A stretch of 16,564 bases of DNA, taken from assembly GCA_964014485.1 (NCBI GenBank), contig CAXHAT010000174.1, positions 1-16,564 of the forward strand. Direction: 5' to 3'. The notes beneath the pieces are model-generated. The model searched no databases and was not told the origin of the DNA. It was given only the letters and a program-made list of their open reading frames with translations. Position 1 is the stretch's first letter; the number at the start of each line of letters is the position of its first letter. Below, in pieces: positions 1 to 7,489 of this stretch. The translations under genes and the position numbers were made by a program. The stretch is from an uncultured Deferribacteres bacterium. GTDB lineage: Bacteria; Zhuqueibacterota; Zhuqueibacteria; Zhuqueibacterales; Geothermadaptataceae.

Positions 1-262
1 GGCCTTAAAAAACAATAACTTCAAACGGCTTTGCAATTAGGTTGACGTGAATGCGAATCGTCGGGACAAAGCTCGGACGAGACGGCTGCTTCTCGTTCAG
101 AAAACTGGCCGCGAATGGAATTTGAGAATTTTGATCCCTGATCATGTCAGGGACAAGCTTATTTGGAAATTGGGATTTGATATTTCTGGCTTGTCCATGC
201 TGGAAAAGCACGACAACAAATCCCGTTAATCACGTCGATCCAGTCAAAAAAAATACAAAATC

Positions 263-922
263 ATGTGCAGACTTCTCTGCGTTCGCTCGAAAGAACCGTT
301 CTCCATTGAATCACATTTGCAAAAATTTGCGGAAATCGCGAAAAACAGCAAGGAATTTCAAGGGCACGGCTGGGGCTGCGCCTGGCTTCAGAAGGGCGTG
401 TGGACGCATTATAAAAACATCAAGCCAATCTGGGAAGACGATCTCACACAATTCGGCGAGACGATGTTATTGCTCGCGCATGCCCGCAGCGCTTTTCGCG
501 ACGAGGGAATCGTGATCGAAAACAACATGCCGTTTTATGACGAAGATTACGTCTTCATTTTCAACGGCGAACTGCGCGGCGTTCGGCTGAATGTCGAGGG
601 TCGAATCGGCGCGGAAAAAATCTTCAACCTCATTCGGCGGATGAACAAGGGCGACATGCTGACTGCGCTGCAGCGGACGATGGACGTGCTCAACAAACGC
701 ACAAAATACATTCGCGCCGCGAACATCATTCTCGCAAACACGGATCGCGTGTTCGCCGCCTCACAATTCAATGAAGACCCGGCATATTTTACCATGCGTT
801 ATAAAAGGGAAGATGCTCCGGGAGTAACGCCCGACGGTCTCACGATCATTTGTTCGGAACCCTATCCTGGCGAGCAAAATTGGATGTCAATCGCAAACAA
901 ATCTGTCTTGGAGTTTCAATGA
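263..922 (+). CDS. Class II glutamine amidotransferase-like Ntn hydrolase (EgtC/YafJ/GATase_4-like)
   Basis: Starts MCRLL (Cys2 becomes the N-terminal nucleophile). Has GHGWG, LAHARSA, NNMPF and FNGEL motifs and C-terminal IICSEP, as in this family. Stop overlaps the next start (ATGA, 919-922). Confidence 0.85.
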   Translation: MCRLLCVRSKEPFSIESHLQKFAEIAKNSKEFQGHGWGCAWLQKGVWTHYKNIKPIWEDDLTQFGETMLLLAHARSAFRDEGIVIENNMPFYDEDYVFIFNGELRGVRLNVEGRIGAEKIFNLIRRMNKGDMLTALQRTMDVLNKRTKYIRAANIILANTDRVFAASQFNEDPAYFTMRYKREDAPGVTPDGLTIICSEPYPGEQNWMSIANKSVLEFQ

Positions 923-1710
923 TTATCGTCAAAATCGGCGGCGGCGCTTCGATTAACCTCGAGGGCGTGATCGCTGATCTCGCAGAAATCGAAACGCCCT
1001 TTCTCATCGTTCACGGCGCCAACGCCTTGCGCGACCACATCGCGGAAAGACTCGGATCGCCGAAAAAAGTGATTACCTCCGCTTCCGGCTACAGCAGCGT
1101 GCTCTCCGACGAAACGGCGCTGGATAACATAATGATGGCTTACTCCGGCTTGCGCAACAAGCGCATCGTCGAACTGTGTCACCGGCACGGCGTCAACGCC
1201 GTCGGGCTTTCGGGGCTCGACGGGAAGTTGGTGCGGGGCGAGCGCAACAAAGGCATTCGCGTGAAAGAAGGCGGCAAAATGCGCATCGTGCGGGATTTTT
1301 CCGGCAAGCCTAAAACGATCAACGTCCATTTGCTAAATCTCTTGCTCGACAACGGCTACGTCCCTGTGATCACCGTGCCCATCATCGACGAAAACAATTT
1401 CGCCATCAACACGGAAAATGACGATGTCATCAACGTTATTCAGCAGGAAATGCAGGCGGATATGATTCTGCAGCTCATCGAAGCGCCGGGCTTTCTCGAT
1501 GATCCCCAAAACCCGAATTCGTTGGTTGAAAAAATGACCAAACTCGATCTCGCCGCCCGCGAAGAGCAAGTTGAAGGCCGCATGAAGCGCAAAATGCTGG
1601 CGCTGCGAAAGTTGTTCGAATCCGGCGCGCAAACCGTCGTCATCAGCGACGGGCGCACGGAACATCCGGTCAAAGACGCTTTGAGCGGCAAAGGAACGCG
1701 CATCTCATGA
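919..1710 (+). CDS. lysZ: [LysW]-aminoadipate/[LysW]-glutamate kinase (LysZ, ArgB-like amino acid kinase family)
   Basis: True start is probably ATG 919 (MIIVKIGGG), not 850. Motifs LIVHG, NKRIVEL, NAVGLSGLDG, the basic insert RNKGIRVKEGGKMRIVRD-SG and GRMKRK resemble Thermus-type LysZ more than classical ArgB. ATGA overlap with the next gene. Confidence 0.85.
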   Translation: MIIVKIGGGASINLEGVIADLAEIETPFLIVHGANALRDHIAERLGSPKKVITSASGYSSVLSDETALDNIMMAYSGLRNKRIVELCHRHGVNAVGLSGLDGKLVRGERNKGIRVKEGGKMRIVRDFSGKPKTINVHLLNLLLDNGYVPVITVPIIDENNFAINTENDDVINVIQQEMQADMILQLIEAPGFLDDPQNPNSLVEKMTKLDLAAREEQVEGRMKRKMLALRKLFESGAQTVVISDGRTEHPVKDALSGKGTRIS

Positions 1711-2861
1711 ACGAAACGATTCAGCTTGAAAACGCCTTTGGCTTGAACGTCTACCCGAAACGCGATCTTGTTTTAGTGAAAGGCGAGAACGCAAAAGTCT
1801 GGGACGACGAGGGCCGCGAATATGTCGATTGCATCGCCGGGCACGGCGTGGCGAATATCGGCCATTGCCATCCGAAAGCGATCGAAGCGATTTCCGAACA
1901 AGCCCGCAAACTCATCACCTGTCCCGGAACATTTTACAACGATACCCGCGCCCGTTTGCTGGAAAAATTCGTCAGCGTAGCGCCGCAAAATTTAACGCGC
2001 GCTTTCCTGTGCAACTCAGGCGCGGAGAGCATCGAAGCGGCCATCAAATTCGCGCGCTTCGTGACCGGCAAAACGGAGATTGTTTGCGCGATGCGCGGTT
2101 TTCATGGCCGAACGATGGGGGCGTTGAGCGCCACGTTCAATCCGAAATACCGCCAAAAATTCAATCCGCTCGTCCCCGGATTTCATTTCGCACCGTTCAA
2201 CAAGTTTGACAAATGGGCTGACAAAATCACCGACAAGACCGCGGCGGTTATGGTGGAAATCGTGCAAGGCGAGGGCGGCGTACATGTCGGCTCGGCTGAT
2301 TTTTTTCATGATTTGCAAGCGCTTTGCCGCGAGAAGGGCATTTTGCTCATCGTCGATGAAATCCAAACCGGCTTTTGCCGAACGGGCAAGTTTTTCGCCT
2401 GCGAACATTTTGATGTGCAGCCGGACATGATGTGCGTCGCAAAAGGCGTCGCCGGGGGGCTGCCGATGGGCGCCGTGCTCTGCGCTGAAAATATTGATAT
2501 CGCCAAAGGCCAACACGGCAGCACTTTTGGCGGCAATCCGCTCGTCTGCGCCGCCGCGCTTGCTGCAATGGAAGTTATGCTTTCAGAAAATCTCGCTGAA
2601 CGGGCTTCTGAAAAAGGCAGGCGCATTCGACAAAGACTTTCAGCCGAAAACTTGCCCAAAATCCGCGAAATCCGGCAGATCGGCCTGATGATTGGCATTG
2701 AGTTGAAAGAAAAAGTCCAGCCGCACCTTCAGCGCCTGATGGATGACGGCGTTCTTGCTCTGCCGGCGGGGCAAACGGTCTTGCGCTTGCTGCCGCCATT
2801 GACGATTTCGAATGAGGAGGCGAATATCGTAGCCGAAAAAATCTTAACCATTCTTCGGTAA
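1707..2861 (+). CDS. lysJ: [LysW]-aminoadipate semialdehyde / acetylornithine transaminase (class III PLP aminotransferase)
   Basis: FLCNSGAES, GFHGRTMGALS, EIVQGEGG, DEIQTGF-RTG, AKGVAGG (PLP lysine), HGSTFGGNPL and LRLLPPL motifs; coupled to lysZ. Confidence 0.85.
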   Translation: MNETIQLENAFGLNVYPKRDLVLVKGENAKVWDDEGREYVDCIAGHGVANIGHCHPKAIEAISEQARKLITCPGTFYNDTRARLLEKFVSVAPQNLTRAFLCNSGAESIEAAIKFARFVTGKTEIVCAMRGFHGRTMGALSATFNPKYRQKFNPLVPGFHFAPFNKFDKWADKITDKTAAVMVEIVQGEGGVHVGSADFFHDLQALCREKGILLIVDEIQTGFCRTGKFFACEHFDVQPDMMCVAKGVAGGLPMGAVLCAENIDIAKGQHGSTFGGNPLVCAAALAAMEVMLSENLAERASEKGRRIRQRLSAENLPKIREIRQIGLMIGIELKEKVQPHLQRLMDDGVLALPAGQTVLRLLPPLTISNEEANIVAEKILTILR

Positions 2862-2930
2862 GCACTAAAATTCATTGAAAAAAAATCGCAGATACTCCGC
2901 TCACCCACCCACAAGAATCAATAGAGCTTA

Positions 2931-3071
2931 GAGCGTATTTGGAAAGTCCAAAATTGTCATGCTGTAAGCATCTTTTTTAGACTTTTCCGCAACAACTGTC
3001 GGAACGTTCATGCCTGGCGACCCAAAAAGATTCCTACGGAATGACAAGACAAGGACTTTCCAAATATGCTC
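2931..3071. mobile_element. 141-bp MITE-like element with 19-bp TIRs and TTA target duplication
   Basis: GAGCGTATTTGGAAAGTCC (2931-2949) vs GGACTTTCCAAATATGCTC (3053-3071), 18/19 inverted match. TTA at 2928-2930 and 3072-3074. Inner inverted pair 2954-2977 / 3024-3047 (20/24). Confidence 0.8.
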
Positions 3072-3116
3072 TTACAGAAAATTATCGCCAGTTTACTAGC
3101 CATAATTTTGAGGTCA

Positions 3117-3173
3117 TGGAATCCTGGATTACTGGAAACCCAATGATCAACGCTCCAGCAATCCATCACTCCA
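3117..3173. repeat. Short inverted arrays of ~8-nt periodic repeats (TGGA-N4 then N4-TCCA)
   Basis: TGGA at 3117, 3125, 3133; TCCA at 3154, 3162, 3170. Confidence 0.5.
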
Positions 3174-3231
3174 TACAAGACAAGCGAAGTCTCGTTTTGT
3201 GCGTAGACACTTGGGAACAATGTTTTTCTAA

Positions 3232-3513
3232 CGATGTTACGCGCCAGTTCTATAATACAGCAACCAGTTGTAAACGTCATTCCTAAGGAGACGCATCACC
3301 GTCAACTTAATTTCGAGACGCCCGGAATTCTTGTTCCCAATCTCTGGATTGGGAGCGCAGTTGCATTCGAAACTCCATTTTCGAGTGAATTCCTTGGCTC
3401 GAAACTGGAGTTTCTCGCCCATTTCATCCCCAAACCAGAGATTGGGAATGAGCTGTAGTGAGATGCTGTTTGCGCCTTAGCTTCAGGAAATGTGTTGTTG
3501 TGCGGAACATCAG
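3232..3513. mobile_element. MITE copy A (TIR consensus CTGATGTTACGCA), 7-bp TSD TTTCTAA
   Basis: Left end CGATGTTACGCG, right end TGCGGAACATCAG (3501-3513). TTTCTAA at 3225-3231 and 3514-3520. Confidence 0.75.
3330..3452. repeat. REP/REPIN-like composite palindrome inside MITE A
   Basis: CTTGTTCCCAATCTCTGGATTGGGA ... CCCAAACCAGAGATTGGGAATGAG form an inverted pair, each half itself a hairpin. Inner pair TCGAAACTCCATTTTCGAG / CTCGAAACTGGAGTTTC. Confidence 0.75.
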
Positions 3514-3620
3514 TTTCTAATGCTTCTTGAACGATTCGTTTGTCTTGCCATTCACCGCCGTCTCAAATATATTGGCTCACGTTTTTAAATGTCTTGCGAA
3601 CATTTGGCTCACTCATTTTA

Positions 3621-4619
3621 ATGAATACCGTTGTCAAACTTTTGCTTGGGGGAGCCGCTCTATTTTTTGTTTTAGGTGGACCCGGCGTGATCAAGAAGAA
3701 AGGCCGCGGGCGAACGACCGCGCCGGACTCAACCATTGTTGCTCCAACGCCCGCACCCACCCCTCCCGCGAATACAGGCGGAGACGCCCCTCAACCAGTT
3801 TTTCGGTCCGGCCCCTTCAACCAGATCAAATCTCAGGACTGGCTGCAAAAAAACGGCACGTTCATGCGTGAAGTTCAGGCGGCGCGCTTGACTTATTATC
3901 TCATTGCCAAGAGCGACCGGACGCACCTCGACTCAGTCAGCGCCTGCTTAAAACAAGCCGTTCTCGGCAACAACATCGACGCGCAGGATTTTCAGTACAC
4001 CTATTTTCTCGACCGCGTGCTGCTCAACGGCGGCGGCGTGATGAACTGGCAAGGGAAAAGGTATCGCGTTACTTACGACAAATTGCGTGCGGCGGGCTGG
4101 GCCTCCGGCGCGCGGGACATTCGCAATAATTACACGTGCAGCGGATTCAACTACCGCAGCAAAAACGCGGTCGCCTTTATCCGGCAAAACCTTTCGAATG
4201 AGAATCTATTTATTCCTCTGGAAAAAGCGCGTTTTCCAAACGGCGCGGCCGTTTCCGGTCAACCGATTGTCGATTGGCAAACCATTTCCGTGAATCCCAG
4301 AACTTTCCCGCTTTCCGTACCGGAGCCGCGACGCAGACAGGTGTTGACGGATCGTTACTCGGACAATGCGCTGGCTCCGGCGCCGCGCTCATTCGTCGTC
4401 ATTCAAACCCAAGACGGAAAAATGTTCCTGACTGAAGCAGCAGACACGGGCGGCGGCGTGAAAGACGGCTGGATCGATTGGCGCATAGGGAACACCAGCG
4501 GCGAACTAAAATATTTCTTCTCACTGGGCAACACAGTGAAAGCATGGTGCTACACTTTCGATGATCCAGGCGTCACCTTCGATCATGTTTTCCAACGCAG
4601 CCAGCCGGTTCAAAAATAA
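3621..4619 (+). CDS. Membrane-anchored or exported protein with C-terminal 3D (MltA-like) domain
   Basis: Likely start ATG 3621. Hydrophobic N-terminus VKLLLGGAALFFVLGG, Pro/Thr linker PTPAPTPP, and C-terminal TISVNP...FP...AADTGGGVKDGWIDW matching the 3D signature (AVDP...DTGGAIKG..ID). Confidence 0.65.
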   Translation: MNTVVKLLLGGAALFFVLGGPGVIKKKGRGRTTAPDSTIVAPTPAPTPPANTGGDAPQPVFRSGPFNQIKSQDWLQKNGTFMREVQAARLTYYLIAKSDRTHLDSVSACLKQAVLGNNIDAQDFQYTYFLDRVLLNGGGVMNWQGKRYRVTYDKLRAAGWASGARDIRNNYTCSGFNYRSKNAVAFIRQNLSNENLFIPLEKARFPNGAAVSGQPIVDWQTISVNPRTFPLSVPEPRRRQVLTDRYSDNALAPAPRSFVVIQTQDGKMFLTEAADTGGGVKDGWIDWRIGNTSGELKYFFSLGNTVKAWCYTFDDPGVTFDHVFQRSQPVQK

Positions 4620-4641
4620 AGGTCACTCACAAGGAAAAATC

Positions 4642-6036
4642 ATGTTTGACGCAAAAATCTACCAACGCCGGCGAGACAGACTGGTCGAAAAAATGAGCGG
4701 GGGCGTCGTTCTGCTGATGGGCAACAACGAAAGCCCGATGAACTACGCGGACAATTGTTATCCATTCCGACAGGACAGTTCTTTTCTTTATTTTATCGGC
4801 ATTGACAAGCCGGGGCTCGCCGCAATTATCGACTTGGACGAAAACAAGACGATTGTCTTCGGCGACGACTTCACGGTCGCGCAAATCGTTTGGATGGGGC
4901 CGCAGCCAACCATCGCGGAGATGGCCGCTGCATCGGGCGTGAGTAAAACGCAAAAGCGTGCGGCTTTGAACGATTATCTACAAAGCGCGGCGAAGCAAAA
5001 TCGTGAGGTTCATTTCCTGCCGCCGTACCGCGCCGACAATCTTATCGAAATCGCCGACGCGTTAAATCAAAAACCCAACGAAGTCAAGAACTCCGTTTCT
5101 AAAGAATTGATTCGCGCCGTCATCGATCTACGATTGATCAAGGGCGCAGAAGAGATCAAAGAAATCGAAAAAGCGCTCGCCGTTTCCAAAGAAATGCACG
5201 TCGAAGCGATGAAAATGACGCGTCCCGGCATTTACGAGCGCGACGTGGTTGCAAAAATGGAGGCCGTCGCTTACTCGCACAGATGCCGTCCGGGCTACCC
5301 GCCGATTTTTTCAATCAACGGCCAGACGCTGCACAATCACGATCATGACAATCTCATGAAAGACGGCGATATGGTCGTGAACGACACCGGCGCGGACTCG
5401 CCGATGCACTACGCCAGTGACATTACGCGCACGATTCCGGTGGGCGGCAAATTTGACGAACGCCAACGCACGTTGTACGAGCTAATCTTGGAGATCGAGA
5501 AAACGTCGATTCGCACCTCAAAGCCGGGCGTAAAATTCCGCGACGTTCACATCGCTGCAGGGCGGATGCTCCTGGAAGGCCTGAAAGACTTTGATCTCGT
5601 GCGCGGCGATATGGCCGAAGCGGCGGAAATCGGCGTACAAGGCTTGTTTTTTCAGTGCGGCCTCGGGCACATGATGGGGTTGGATACGCACGACATGGAA
5701 GATTTGGGCGAAGAACTCGTCGGCTATGATTCCGAGACCACACGCAGCGAGCAATTCGGGTTGTGCTATCTTCGTCTGGCGCGCGCGTTGGAGCCTGGAT
5801 TTTTGATCACAGTCGAGCCTGGCGTATACTTCATCCCGGAATTGATCGATCAGTGGCGGGCGGAAAATAAATTCGCTGATTTTGTGAACTACGACAAAGT
5901 CGAAGGGTTTCGCGGCTTCGGAGGCATTCGCATTGAGGACAATGTTTTGATCACCAAAACCGGTCAGCAAATTCTCGGCGAGCCGATTCCCAAGAGTGTT
6001 TCGGAAGTCGAAGCGTTGACAGGATCCGGCGCTTGA
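4642..6036 (+). CDS. pepP: Xaa-Pro aminopeptidase (aminopeptidase P, M24B)
   Basis: AAGGA before ATG 4642. N-domain FRQDSSFLY; catalytic-domain motifs TLHNH, DTGA...YASDITRT, GLGHMMGLDTHD, TVEPGVYF, GGIRIEDNVLIT. Confidence 0.9.
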   Translation: MFDAKIYQRRRDRLVEKMSGGVVLLMGNNESPMNYADNCYPFRQDSSFLYFIGIDKPGLAAIIDLDENKTIVFGDDFTVAQIVWMGPQPTIAEMAAASGVSKTQKRAALNDYLQSAAKQNREVHFLPPYRADNLIEIADALNQKPNEVKNSVSKELIRAVIDLRLIKGAEEIKEIEKALAVSKEMHVEAMKMTRPGIYERDVVAKMEAVAYSHRCRPGYPPIFSINGQTLHNHDHDNLMKDGDMVVNDTGADSPMHYASDITRTIPVGGKFDERQRTLYELILEIEKTSIRTSKPGVKFRDVHIAAGRMLLEGLKDFDLVRGDMAEAAEIGVQGLFFQCGLGHMMGLDTHDMEDLGEELVGYDSETTRSEQFGLCYLRLARALEPGFLITVEPGVYFIPELIDQWRAENKFADFVNYDKVEGFRGFGGIRIEDNVLITKTGQQILGEPIPKSVSEVEALTGSGA

Positions 6037-6627
6037 TTACGGCGAGTAGGAGAAAATCAGCCCCAAGGCATTTTGAGCTCTGTAATATCCTGATTTCCAC
6101 AACAAAGGCCGGTATTGTTGAAAGCCGAAGCCTGCGCCATGTTTATTCGTGATTTGAAATTGCACGGATACGCCCCAATCCAGGCTTAGAATCTCGTCGT
6201 GAAAATCAGTTTCCGGCGGTCCCCAACCACTTATCGTTAGAACGTCGGCGTTAATAAAACGCATCGACAGACCACCGAAAAAATTGAGCGGGATTGGCAG
6301 ATCGTGTGGGGATGCGGTCAGCCGTAAACCTGTCAGAACACTGCGATAAGAATATATTGCGCAGTCAATGCAAGCGGCTCGCTTATTTCCGTTTTCCGCT
6401 AAATAAGCTGAATAAACGCCTGCTTTGAGTGCCGGTTTTCCATCCGGCGAATTGAGAACGTTTTTCGAAATATGGATTTCGGGATAGAATTCGAACTTAG
6501 GTTCTCTGTAAATGCTCTGGAGACTATTGGCGATTCCGGTCGTCATCGAAATTTGCGTCTGAGCCAAAGCGCACTCTGATAACACAAAAAAAGTAGCCGA
6601 TACACCCATCATAAAAGCTCTCTTCAT
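6037..6627 (-). CDS. Exported hypothetical protein, possible small outer-membrane beta-barrel
   Basis: Signal peptide-like MKRAFMMGVSATFFVLSECALA-Q (start 6627 or 6636). Alternating hydrophobic strands (LSLDWGVSVQFQI, AGFGFQQY, ALGLIFSY at the C-terminus). CIDC motif. Confidence 0.5.
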   Translation of the reverse strand: MKRAFMMGVSATFFVLSECALAQTQISMTTGIANSLQSIYREPKFEFYPEIHISKNVLNSPDGKPALKAGVYSAYLAENGNKRAACIDCAIYSYRSVLTGLRLTASPHDLPIPLNFFGGLSMRFINADVLTISGWGPPETDFHDEILSLDWGVSVQFQITNKHGAGFGFQQYRPLLWKSGYYRAQNALGLIFSYSP

Positions 6628-6640
6628 CGCGCCCATCCCC

Positions 6641-7063
6641 TCATCTCAAAATTAATTCTGAACTGTCCGGCAGGACGAGATTTAAACCGTTAAAATCATC
6701 CCGCACCAATAAATCGCTCAAATCTGATTTTAGATTGTGCGTTAAATACGCTTCGCAAGCGTCTCCGTTCGCGTCGTGATTCACAAAAATGTACGCGGTA
6801 AAATTTTCGACGCGGTTGAGCCGCACTTCATACTCATGCTCCTTGCAACCGCCGCTGTTTGAAATCTCGAAAAGCAGCGTGTCTGCGCTCAAAGATGCTT
6901 CGCTCTCATTGATGACATAATCGTCGCCGAAATCAATTTCATGCTCAACGCCTTTGAAAGGGACGAACATATTTGGCTCGGTCTCCACTGTGCTTTTGCA
7001 ATTGTTCAACACTGTCAAACCGACAAAAATCAATAAATACGCCCCAAGACGATTCAGCTTCAT
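6641..7063 (-). CDS. Putative lipoprotein (NigD C-terminal-like domain)
   Basis: SD AGGAG upstream; signal peptide ending VLNNC; motifs SGGCKEHEY and HDANGDACEA...DLSDL as in NigD-like lipoproteins. Confidence 0.6.
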   Translation of the reverse strand: MKLNRLGAYLLIFVGLTVLNNCKSTVETEPNMFVPFKGVEHEIDFGDDYVINESEASLSADTLLFEISNSGGCKEHEYEVRLNRVENFTAYIFVNHDANGDACEAYLTHNLKSDLSDLLVRDDFNGLNLVLPDSSELILR

Positions 7064-7123
7064 TTTTGATTCTCCTGCATGACCAATAAATTTTTGCTTT
7101 TTGCGCGCCCCGCGTATTCTTAA

Positions 7124-7362
7124 CTGATCTTACGCGCGGTAACGCATCTGCTGAGTCTTAGAGCAGATTTCGTCTCATTAGCGCCGGGCTTCAGCCCGGT
7201 GATGCACAAAACGCCCATTTTTTCTCTTCCGCCGCGCCGACGCGGCGGAAGAGATGGGATGGCCGTCTTCAAAAATCTCCGCTCTGAAGAGCGGAGCTAA
7301 TGAGAATCAAAAGTTGCCCGCAGACATTGATCGCGCGCCAAACAACGCATACGTAACATCAA
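7124..7362. mobile_element. MITE copy B, 7-bp TSD TTCTTAA, with REPIN-like interior
   Basis: Left CTGATCTTACGCG, right TACGTAACATCAA (7350-7362). TTCTTAA at 7117-7123 and 7363-7369. Inverted hairpin units 7173-7199 and 7277-7305; central 14-bp stem 7223-7254. Confidence 0.85.
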
Positions 7363-7489
7363 TTCTTAAGCAAAAATTTTGCCCGATTTTTTATGCGGCA
7401 AGATATCAGGAAAAGTCTTGAATTGTTGGAATGTCCCAATGAATCTTCAGATTTTTGAATGCGGACGCTTGTCGGAGAATGAAATGCGG

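Noticed and set aside
1..262. Possible lysine riboswitch, leader peptide or lysW gene upstream of the cluster
   Set aside because: No lysine riboswitch motifs are recognisable, and no small ORF has the LysW CxxC zinc ribbon and EDWGE C-terminus.
850..918. Upstream-extended starts in the ORF track (850, 3540, 4561, 13105, 13074, 13405)
   Set aside because: Family N-termini, RBS position and stop/start overlaps favour 919, 3621, 4642, 13063, 13185 and 13453.
3251..3256. TATAAT inside MITE A as a promoter for the 3D-domain gene
   Set aside because: No -35 at proper spacing, and it is ~370 nt upstream with strong hairpins in between.
2862..3620. Short ORFs (3008-3280, 3041-3286, 3234-3458, 3237-3422)
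   Set aside because: They cross MITE/REP boundaries and have no recognisable motifs or RBS.
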